Shown here one piece after another: positions 21,118 through 29,169 of a stretch of 58,126 nt of DNA. The position numbers and the translations under genes are program-made. A model generated the notes under the pieces. That model was not told the origin of the DNA. It saw only the letters and a list, made by a program, of their open reading frames with translations, and did not search any database. The DNA lies in the sequence record SRR31156797_5988; one strand, given 5' to 3'. The first letter of the stretch is position 1. Each line of letters opens with the position of its first letter.

Positions 21118-21780
21118 TTACGGTTCTGATCTCTCCTGTCTAACTTCCCCAAATTTGCGTACCTGAGACATGAGACCGTTCACTGTTAATGATGAGTTAA
21201 CAGGGCATCCCGCACTCTGAAGGATAATTGCTGTCCAGGTATTGCATGTCTTGAAAAGGTGATATGCTTCCTCAGATGCATAGAACCTACTGCGGCCGTA
21301 ATTTCCATGACCCAAAGGAACTGCCGAACCAAAGTTATCTCGCGAGAAACTTTTTGAAATATGGCGGGCCATGTTCTCGAATCCTGGGTAGGAAAGTTCT
21401 AACATGATGATCTCACTGTATGGAAAAAAGCTCTCTGGCGGTCCACGAAAACCTACTAAGTGCAAAACACTTGCGGTCGGTAGCAGCAGCGCCTTGGCGG
21501 CAAGTCCTGATCCGGGATCGGGAGATGTATAATAGTCTCTATCTCCCCAGCCAATTTCCAGATATTCCATATGAGCGAATATGTCGAGCTTTGGCCAGTC
21601 TGATTGCATGATATCAGAAATTTTCAAAACAATCCCTGCATGCCAACCGTGACTGACCAGAAATATTTTCCTCGTCTGCTCATCCTTTTGGGGAGGGAAC
21701 AATGCGTCCGACTGCACAGTGCAGCCATTTACCAGTGTCACTATTATTAAAAGTAACGCTTTGGTTAAAAGCCTCCTCAT
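21118..21780 (-). CDS. DUF2459-family putative lipoprotein
   Basis: Lipobox VNGC; SHGWHAGIV, EIGWGDRDYY and YHLFKTCNTW motifs. Confidence 0.8.
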   Translation of the reverse strand: MRRLLTKALLLIIVTLVNGCTVQSDALFPPQKDEQTRKIFLVSHGWHAGIVLKISDIMQSDWPKLDIFAHMEYLEIGWGDRDYYTSPDPGSGLAAKALLLPTASVLHLVGFRGPPESFFPYSEIIMLELSYPGFENMARHISKSFSRDNFGSAVPLGHGNYGRSRFYASEEAYHLFKTCNTWTAIILQSAGCPVNSSLTVNGLMSQVRKFGEVRQERSEP

Positions 21781-21904
21781 ACCTTCCTCTGAAATGGTTA
21801 GGAATGAGCTTTAATAAGCACAAAATCCCCGGAATGACCTTGAAATAGTCGCTATTCAGCGAATAACAATTCTACTTCCCCGCCGGTACTCGTACAATTC
21901 CGCA

Positions 21905-24310
21905 TTATGGCGAACTATCCAGGAGAGTTGTAAAGGCCGCCAGCACATATGCACAACCAGCCATTACCAGCACTACCGGAAATCCGAATTCCACAGCCAC
22001 AATGGTTGCCAACCCTGCGGACACGACTGAAGAGCACCCATTTATTCCCCAGGCCCAGGCAGCCTGCCGTTTACTGTGTCCGGCCAGGTGCGCAAGACCA
22101 AGTGGAAACGGCATCCCCATGATGATCCCGGGAGGTGTGATAACCAACAAAAAAATAAAAGATTTCCAGATCGCTGAGCCGACCATGGCCCATGATAGTA
22201 TCGGCGACATAATCTGGCTGTACAGCAAAAGGAGTACGCCAGCGAGCAAAGTGATCAGGCCACGACCGATACCTTGTACCGAGATCCATGACGAGAGGCG
22301 GCTGCCTAAACCGGAAAGGATCAAAAGGCTGCTGATTCCGGCGGCAGCTGCATAAAGCGGATGACCGAAAAACAGGGTAAGTTTATATATCAACATAATC
22401 TCAAAAAACATATACCCCATCCCCAGAGCACCGAAATATGGTACAGCCCACCTTTGCAGACCTTCTTCGCCCCCTTGTCTTCTAAGATGGATCAATGGCA
22501 GAAGGATGAGCACAATCGCTGCCACCGTCACCTGAATGAAGCTGACGATCACAACGAGATACCCTAGTTCCAGAAAAGGGACCGATCGCTCACCAAAAAG
22601 CCGGGTAAGGTAGGGCAAAGATTGCCAGCGAATAAACTGTGAAAAAAATGGCCGCTCATCGCTGACAGGGCTGATATCAAACGCATACCCAGCATACAAC
22701 TCCTGTCGCTGTGAGGTGGAGGAGAGGGCATCAAGATTTGAAAAGAAAATCGGATCTGCTACGATATGGTAACGCTGTCGCTCTTCAGGCTGCAGACCCG
22801 GCAGAAGCATCGGATCAAATTGATGTTCGTCGCAAAAGCGTCGAACCTGTTCCACCTCACCACTGGTAAGCGGTGACCGTTTTGCAATAAACGTCACCAG
22901 GTTCCAGTTGCGAAGAGCAGCTGTATGCTGGTTTGGATCCACCCCCTCTTCTTCCAGCACCACCCTAAGCGTTGCCGCCAGCCGAAGCGTGTTACGACTC
23001 GGCGTATCGACCCAGGTGGATACCTGGAGAATTCCTTCGTCAGAGAGATGATCCCAGATCCCTGCTATAGCCTCCTTAGTAAGGAGATACTGTTCCTGCA
23101 GCGCCATCAGACCTGATCCGCCCCCAAAGCGCCCTACTACTGGCAGGGTAATGAGATCATACTTCGCCTGATTTCTGGCAATCCACGCACGAGGATGGAC
23201 AAATACATACTCCACCTGATACTTCTTATCCGCAACAGGGGCAGTCCAATCGGAAATCATCCATGACTGCCTTACTGCCTTTTCGTGCGATTCTACTGCA
23301 ACGATCGTCGTTGCTCTGTTTTCTCGGGCCAGTGAGATGCCTGAACCTGTTCCAGCCTGCAGAAGGAGTACTCGTTCTCGCAATCCGATAACGTAGGGGA
23401 GAGCAGCAGTGGTTGCCTTGTGAAAGCCGGGAATGACATCGCTGACGACACCGAACCAGTCGCCGTTAGTGAGGACTACGCCTCTGGTTTCAGGTATTTC
23501 TTTTGTGTAAGTCAGGCTGAGTCCAGGCGCATAGCGCAGGGTCGGGGCGCGGACCAACTCCACCTGCCCCAGTGGATCGGGTTGCGCTGCCACGATTTCA
23601 GCACCGGGGAGGTCTAAAATACGCCGGATATCTTTGTACTCGGAAGGCTGTGTTTGCGGAGGCTGAACAAGCAGTGCAACAATACACGCCAAGCTAAGCA
23701 AACCAGTGCAGCAAACCAGTACCCGCCGGGATTCGGTAATAACCAGGCACCCACCTAGCCAGGGCAGAAGTGCTGTCACAGCTGGAAGATGCTGCGACCA
23801 AAGAAAGCTCATGAAAAAAACCGCTCCTACACCGCCGAGTCCTGATCCTACCAGGTTTGCACTGTAGAGACTGTTTATCCGGTGACTGTAAGCAACGAAA
23901 ACCAAGCCGATGGGCAAAGCACCGATAAAAAAAACCAGCAAATAGACCACCTGACTGAGCAGCAGGGATAGCACCTGCGCAGGCTCTACAACAACAAGAA
24001 AGATATCAAACGCCTGAGTCATACCCTTGGAAAGAGGCAGCGCAAAAGCCATGAGAAAAGCACAAACGAAAAGCAGGACAGGCAGCAGCCATCCCAAGTG
24101 GCGCAGCAACAACGGACGAAACAGAGCAATACATGTACCGCTTGCACCAAAACCGAGCAAAGCAATGGAGATAACCCAATAGGCAAAATGGTGCCATTGC
24201 ACCATTGCCAGAAACTGCATTTGCTCCAGTTGAAATCCGATCAAAGCAGCGGAAAGCAGGATCAGTGCAATGTGCAGCTTGATATCAGGTGCCGCCGCCC
24301 TCTCGCTCAT
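21905..24310 (-). CDS. Multi-pass membrane protein with a central spermidine-synthase-like SAM-binding domain
   Basis: N-terminal TM block (FAYWVISIALLGFGASG), central LLLQAGTG / YDLITLP / SDERPFF, C-terminal TM block (MGMPFPLGL, WAWGINGCSSV). Confidence 0.8.
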   Translation of the reverse strand: MSERAAAPDIKLHIALILLSAALIGFQLEQMQFLAMVQWHHFAYWVISIALLGFGASGTCIALFRPLLLRHLGWLLPVLLFVCAFLMAFALPLSKGMTQAFDIFLVVVEPAQVLSLLLSQVVYLLVFFIGALPIGLVFVAYSHRINSLYSANLVGSGLGGVGAVFFMSFLWSQHLPAVTALLPWLGGCLVITESRRVLVCCTGLLSLACIVALLVQPPQTQPSEYKDIRRILDLPGAEIVAAQPDPLGQVELVRAPTLRYAPGLSLTYTKEIPETRGVVLTNGDWFGVVSDVIPGFHKATTAALPYVIGLRERVLLLQAGTGSGISLARENRATTIVAVESHEKAVRQSWMISDWTAPVADKKYQVEYVFVHPRAWIARNQAKYDLITLPVVGRFGGGSGLMALQEQYLLTKEAIAGIWDHLSDEGILQVSTWVDTPSRNTLRLAATLRVVLEEEGVDPNQHTAALRNWNLVTFIAKRSPLTSGEVEQVRRFCDEHQFDPMLLPGLQPEERQRYHIVADPIFFSNLDALSSTSQRQELYAGYAFDISPVSDERPFFSQFIRWQSLPYLTRLFGERSVPFLELGYLVVIVSFIQVTVAAIVLILLPLIHLRRQGGEEGLQRWAVPYFGALGMGYMFFEIMLIYKLTLFFGHPLYAAAAGISSLLILSGLGSRLSSWISVQGIGRGLITLLAGVLLLLYSQIMSPILSWAMVGSAIWKSFIFLLVITPPGIIMGMPFPLGLAHLAGHSKRQAAWAWGINGCSSVVSAGLATIVAVEFGFPVVLVMAGCAYVLAAFTTLLDSSP

Positions 24311-25068
24311 GGTTCTCTCCTGAAAGGGACAAAGCGGACCGGCATGAGACTGCGGGTGGTGATCACATTGTTTTTTTTCTTCACCAGCATGAGGCTCTGA
24401 ATGAAAAAGGGCGAGCCGACAGGTATAATCATTATTCCACCTTCCCGTAATTGGTTGAGTAGTGGTGGTGGGATAAATTCCGCAGCTGCGGTCACTATAA
24501 CAGCATCAAAAGGTCCTGCCGAAGGCCATCCGTAATATCCATCACCCTGCCGTATCTGCACGGTGGTATATCCGGCATCCTTCAATCGCCTATCTGCGGA
24601 TGCAGCCAGTTCAGGTATGATCTCCATGGAGTAGACATGGTCGGTCAATTCTGCAAGCACTGCGGCTTGATACCCTGATCCGGTGCCGATCTCGAGCACT
24701 TTATGGTGCGGCTCGAGGGCAAGCATGGCTGTCATGTAGGCGACAATATAGGGTTGAGAAATGGTCTGACCGTGACCAATGGGCAGAGGCGTGTCAGCGT
24801 AGGCACGCCTCTGAAGTGAATCAGGGACAAAGAGATGGCGAGGAACAGTAACCATGGCGCGAAGTGTTGCCGGATCTTCCACCCCCCGTTCGCTTATCTG
24901 GGCGGTTACCATGGACCGACGTTCCTGCACGAACCCGTCGGAGGATTTGCTCACACAAAAAGAGGTTCCGATAACAAATGTCAAGACAACCGCAGCAGCA
25001 GCCCACAGAACAACTCCCATCACGGCTCTGCTTTTTTGTGTGGTTGAACGGTCATTTCCGGCAGCCAT
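24307..25068 (-). CDS. pcm: Protein-L-isoaspartate O-methyltransferase with N-terminal hydrophobic anchor
   Basis: VPRHLF, GQTISQPYIVA, VLEIGTGSGYQAA, GDGYYGWP, PFDAVIVTAA and VRFVPF. Confidence 0.95.
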   Translation of the reverse strand: MAAGNDRSTTQKSRAVMGVVLWAAAAVVLTFVIGTSFCVSKSSDGFVQERRSMVTAQISERGVEDPATLRAMVTVPRHLFVPDSLQRRAYADTPLPIGHGQTISQPYIVAYMTAMLALEPHHKVLEIGTGSGYQAAVLAELTDHVYSMEIIPELAASADRRLKDAGYTTVQIRQGDGYYGWPSAGPFDAVIVTAAAEFIPPPLLNQLREGGIMIIPVGSPFFIQSLMLVKKKNNVITTRSLMPVRFVPFRREP

Positions 25069-25274
25069 ACTCGCCTCTCTTCAGTTCTGCGAAAAAAACC
25101 GTCTGCTCGTCCTGAGTCTTGATTTTTTTCTGCTGGTCTGAGGATATAGATGACAATGTTCTTAACGTAATTATACTCTTTTCAAGGATAGAGTAATAAA
25201 GAAAAACCGGCGAAATAATAGAAATGGTCTGCAAGACCCATTGAACATTTGTGGCTCGCAGCAGGGACAAGGCA

Positions 25275-25655
25275 ATGACGCTTGATAGAAAAAAACTAGC
25301 CGTTATCCATATCGTTAAGAAGGAATTGGGGCTTTCTGACGACGATTACCGCGATATTCTTGAACGTGAAACAGGGGTGCGCTCCGCAAAGGATCTTGAT
25401 CAGCAGGGCTTCTATCGCCTGATGAGATACTTTACCCGCAGCGACGATTATCGCATCAATCAATACGGACTCACATTCAGACAGAAAGCGTATATCAACC
25501 ACTTGGCGGAAGAGCTTGGATGGGATGAGCAGCACCTTAGTAACTTTCTTACGAAATACTTTAAGAAACCGATGCTAGTAAAACTCAACAAAAAGGAAGC
25601 GAGCAACGTGATAGAGGCGCTGAAAAACATATACCAACGTACCGCACATCTCTGA
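25275..25655 (+). CDS. GemA / DUF1018 family regulatory protein (Mu gp16-like)
   Basis: LAVIHIVKKELGLSDDDYRDIL...TGVRSAKDL and C-terminal EASNVIEALK are the DUF1018 pattern; start at ATG 25275. Confidence 0.8.
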   Translation: MTLDRKKLAVIHIVKKELGLSDDDYRDILERETGVRSAKDLDQQGFYRLMRYFTRSDDYRINQYGLTFRQKAYINHLAEELGWDEQHLSNFLTKYFKKPMLVKLNKKEASNVIEALKNIYQRTAHL

Positions 25656-25672
25656 GAGGAAAGGAGGAAAGC

Positions 25673-26122
25673 ATGACCACCGGAGCATTTTGTACCAGGG
25701 AAGTGGTAATCGCTGAAAAGAGCACAGGAATTGTTGAATTGACTCAGCTCATGCGCAAACACCATGTTGGTGATGTGGTTGTTGTTGACAGACAAGGAGA
25801 AAAGGTCGTCCCGATAGGAGTTGTCACTGATCGCGATATTGTTGTGGAACTCGTAGCGGCGGAAGTGGATCTCGCTTCCGTTACAACCGGTGACGTCATG
25901 AGCAGTAAACTAGTAACGGTCAGGGACACGGAGAGTATGTGGGACTCCCTGCAGCGTATGCGCCAAAAAGGTATACGCCGTATGCCTGTTGTCAATGAAA
26001 CGGGTAGCCTTGAAGGCATCCTAACGGTAGACGATATTATTGAACTCCTTGCTGATGAGCTGTCCACCCTTGCAGCCATATCAGGACGAGGCCGGGAGTT
26101 GGAACAAAAAATACGGGAATGA
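25673..26122 (+). CDS. CBS domain pair protein
   Basis: GVVTDRDIV and IRRMPVV...GILTVDDI; AGGAGG RBS. Confidence 0.92.
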   Translation: MTTGAFCTREVVIAEKSTGIVELTQLMRKHHVGDVVVVDRQGEKVVPIGVVTDRDIVVELVAAEVDLASVTTGDVMSSKLVTVRDTESMWDSLQRMRQKGIRRMPVVNETGSLEGILTVDDIIELLADELSTLAAISGRGRELEQKIRE

Positions 26123-26163
26123 TTACTCTTAGAAGGTTGCCGGATAATATATTTTTTCCTCAG

Positions 26164-26242
26164 ATCAAGGCATTCTCAGGAAATCAAGCACAGCCATATA
26201 ATTAATATTGCGAGCATTGATTCCCTGGAAATAAAGCCTGAT
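26164..26242. repeat. Degenerate long palindrome (REP/MITE-like hairpin)
   Basis: Outer ATCAAGGC / GCCTGAT, inner CAGGAAATCAA / TTGATTCCCTG, AT-rich centre. Confidence 0.5.
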
Positions 26243-26684
26243 GTACAGCTGACTAACGGGTGAGTTTTTGAGGATGCTTCACTTAGAAAATCTTAAAAAA
26301 TCTCTCTTACCGAATTGATCTCTTTTATTATCTACTATTTTTACCTTTCGGCTCTAAACTATCATCTAGCGTAATGATTATAATTTAATTTTATCATTCT
26401 TTTAAAGCACTGGTAATAATTTTTCTATTTTGCCAAAGCAGGAAATGATCAGCACTGACAACACATGCCCCCCAAGCTTGTTGCTGCATTTTCAAAAAGG
26501 ACAGTCCTTTGCTACCAGTAAAACCACACTACCAAAAACAAGGACAACGCAAGAGTTTAACTCAACCACAAAGGTTTATTCATAACTAATCAAATGAGGA
26601 TGGTAAGAGTTTGAAGTATATCGACGACAAGCTCTATGTTTTTAATCGTGAATCCTACAGGCTATAATCAAGTGAGGAAAATTA

Positions 26685-27135
26685 ATGAATCGGTTGGCCG
26701 TTGCCATGGATATGGGAACCAGCGGTGTCCAAGCTCAGGCTGTTGAGTTTGCCTCTAGTACAATCCTTTCCGCCCCATCTCGATTGCCCATCCGCTCCGA
26801 GGACAAATGTGATCGACCATCTCCATTTTGCGCTGGAGCACGGTGAACCTGCTGCCTGCCGAATACTTATTGCTGTTATCAACAAGGTTATCCAGGGGCT
26901 GGAGCTTCCTGATGATTGTGAGGTCATTATTCCACCGGCTGTCTGTTCTGGCTTTGGAGCAGACGGACTTGCCATGATAATGCAGATCGGCCTTTTAAAT
27001 GAAACCAAGACCGCCCTGATTACCAGCTACGGAACCAATGCCGAGATGGCACTCTACCTCCAAGGGCGCATTATCACTGCCTCCGCGGCTGCAGGCCCTG
27101 CTTTGGAAGGTCAACAGATACCCAGTGGTATTGTA
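26685..27135 (+). pseudogene. ramA: Frameshifted, internally deleted, truncated methylamine-methyltransferase corrinoid protein reductive activase (RamA-like, ASKHA)
   Basis: GAGG RBS then ATG 26685 MNRLAVAMDMGTSGVQAQAV (ASKHA DxGTS motif). A shifted frame gives HPL, then NVIDHLHFALE...IIPPAV...GADGLAM...TSYGTNAEMAL...TASAAAGPALEGQQI. Similarity stops well before the C-terminal ferredoxin domain. Confidence 0.8.
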
Positions 27136-27207
27136 CTGAGGATTCTCACTTGTGAAATATTGGAATTATCGTAACTGCTCCCAGATACCAATATTGACAG
27201 GCTGTTG

Positions 27208-27849
27208 CTAATAAAATATCTTATCAATCAGGGACTCCCTCGGCAGTGTCAGCATACTACTTTCCTCACTTTTAAACTGAAGGCCGAGCATCGCAAGCGC
27301 ATTTTCATCAAGATACAAACGATCATCATACGCGGCACGGATGGTTCGATCCTGGGGAGTGACCAGGCGGATGGAAAGATACATAACGCGATTGGTCATG
27401 GTATAAGTTCCCACCACTACAGCCTGCGCATTTTGCTTACCAGCTATTTCGTTTAAATCTCGTGACAGCATAAACTCGCCGACATTGGTTTGAACCAACA
27501 CATTACCTCGCAGCTTTATTTCCCTGGAAATATACCCTTTTTTAACAAAGCCGCTGGTGATGGTATTTTGCAAGTTCCGCCCAAAGTCAGATGTCTGGTC
27601 AAGTTGTTGGTTATCTACCAAGGTGGTCACAATAATCGGCTGGCCGGGCTGCCGAGGGAACAACGGGGGTACGGCCTGCTTAATTAATGTTTGGGCTATC
27701 TTATCGCCTAGCTTGACAAGATTAACATCAGCTCCCATTAATGGTTCAAGCCTGGTTCCGTTAAGGTTTGAACAGCCACTCAACAGGAGACAACAGACAA
27801 GAACGCTGGACAGCAAGAAAGGAAAACGAACTAAGCCCATGTTAATCAT
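27208..27849 (-). CDS. FlgO-domain outer-membrane lipoprotein
   Basis: Lipobox LSGC; TSDFGR...GEFMLSRD...AVVVGTY is the FlgO domain pattern. Confidence 0.8.
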   Translation of the reverse strand: MINMGLVRFPFLLSSVLVCCLLLSGCSNLNGTRLEPLMGADVNLVKLGDKIAQTLIKQAVPPLFPRQPGQPIIVTTLVDNQQLDQTSDFGRNLQNTITSGFVKKGYISREIKLRGNVLVQTNVGEFMLSRDLNEIAGKQNAQAVVVGTYTMTNRVMYLSIRLVTPQDRTIRAAYDDRLYLDENALAMLGLQFKSEESSMLTLPRESLIDKIFY

Positions 27850-28540
27850 TACTCCCTGAAAAGCGTGAGCTCGTCAACTCGAGCTCCGGGGCAGGAGAAG
27901 CCTGCTGATAATGCCAAAAATCAGCATCGTTTATGTAATAGATATTGGAACTGCGCATAATATACCGATTGTCATCAACAATAGAGGTTGTGATAATGAC
28001 CTCGTAATGACCGTTGGTAACAGTGGTTGCAAGCGCCGCATCAACGGCACCGGCGGTGGCTAGTGCAAGAATTTCACCCGGGGCGTTTCTAAAGACAACG
28101 ATTCCGGCAGTCAGCGCAGTGAGAACACCTGGCTGAAGCCATTGGTACCTGTTTGCCTGGTGATAAAGCACCTGAACCTTGTAATCAACGACCAGTGCAT
28201 CCTCTTCATTGGCAGCCCTGGTTGGCACCCCGAATCTTACCAATTGGGATACAAGCAGATCATTGAACCCTTCGTCAAAGGGAAAAGTTTCACCTGTGCC
28301 GCAAGCATCTGGCAAGCCACAGGCATGACGGACATACACAGGAGTAACGAGGTAATCCCGGTTTATCAATTCGCTATTTATCTGATTAGCAACGTCATTG
28401 GCCAGCACTTCCCAATGGTGGGCAGCCTGCATTTTTTGCTGCTTGTTATAAGCATATCCCGTAGGCTGTGGAATACGTATACAACCAGAAAGAATATTGA
28501 CTGCAACTAGTAACGCTGCAACTAGAGCATATTTGCTCAT
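27842..28540 (-). CDS. Hypothetical lipoprotein
   Basis: ATG 28540 with GGAGG RBS; lipobox LSGC; QQKMQAAHHWEVLA motif; overlaps the FlgO gene start. Confidence 0.75.
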   Translation of the reverse strand: MSKYALVAALLVAVNILSGCIRIPQPTGYAYNKQQKMQAAHHWEVLANDVANQINSELINRDYLVTPVYVRHACGLPDACGTGETFPFDEGFNDLLVSQLVRFGVPTRAANEEDALVVDYKVQVLYHQANRYQWLQPGVLTALTAGIVVFRNAPGEILALATAGAVDAALATTVTNGHYEVIITTSIVDDNRYIMRSSNIYYINDADFWHYQQASPAPELELTSSRFSGSND

Positions 28541-28633
28541 TACACCTCCAAAAAGAAATAACATCAATGGAACACTCTACTTCTTTGTCGGCTGTATGCC
28601 TCTTAAAATATAGGGCTTTTTTAGATGGCACCC

Positions 28634-29077
28634 CTACAGGCAGTTATTAAGCCTGGCTTCGATGTCAGCCTGGGGTGCTGCACCAACCAATTGATCCACC
28701 ATCTTTCCATCTTTGAAGAAAAGAATTGTTGGTACACCCCGTATCTGAAAACGTGAGGCCACCATCTTGTAGGTGGCAGTGTTCAGTTTACAGACCACAG
28801 CCTTTCCTGCATAGGCTGCGGCAATGTTTTCTACAATCGGTGCCACCATTTGACAGGGACCGCAGGTAGGTGAATAAAAATCGACCAGAACCGGCAAAGG
28901 TGACTTCTCTACAATCTGGGTAAAACTTTCATCGGTCAAGGTGACAACCATACCGGTAACAGGAGCTCCTTCCAGACTGTTGCCGCAACGTCCGCATTTA
29001 GCTTTAAGCTGCTGTTTATCAGCTGGAACACGATTTTTCGCACCACACCCAGAACAAACTACAATCGTATTTTGCAT
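28634..29077 (-). CDS. trxC: Thioredoxin 2 (Zn-finger thioredoxin)
   Basis: N-terminal CSGC...CGRC zinc finger, active site CGPC (preceded by T rather than W) and cis-Pro GVPT. Confidence 0.9.
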   Translation of the reverse strand: MQNTIVVCSGCGAKNRVPADKQQLKAKCGRCGNSLEGAPVTGMVVTLTDESFTQIVEKSPLPVLVDFYSPTCGPCQMVAPIVENIAAAYAGKAVVCKLNTATYKMVASRFQIRGVPTILFFKDGKMVDQLVGAAPQADIEARLNNCL

Positions 29078-29169
29078 ATTTTCTCCTCACTACCTATTGC
29101 ACACCCTCCCCGAAAAACCATAAGAGACAGTGTACTGATTTTCGCTTGATGCAATGCTTGCTGCGTGTC

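Noticed and set aside
25275-25655. Prophage call based on GemA
   Set aside because: No other phage, transposase or att features in the window.
26701-27174. 157-aa ORF as an intact gene
   Set aside because: Its first ~30 codons are the wrong frame of the ramA-like remnant; better explained as a pseudogene.
27115-27189. 8-bp direct repeat CAGATACC as a target-site duplication
   Set aside because: Short, encloses only about 60 bp with no terminal inverted repeats, and RamA similarity seems to continue slightly past the first copy.
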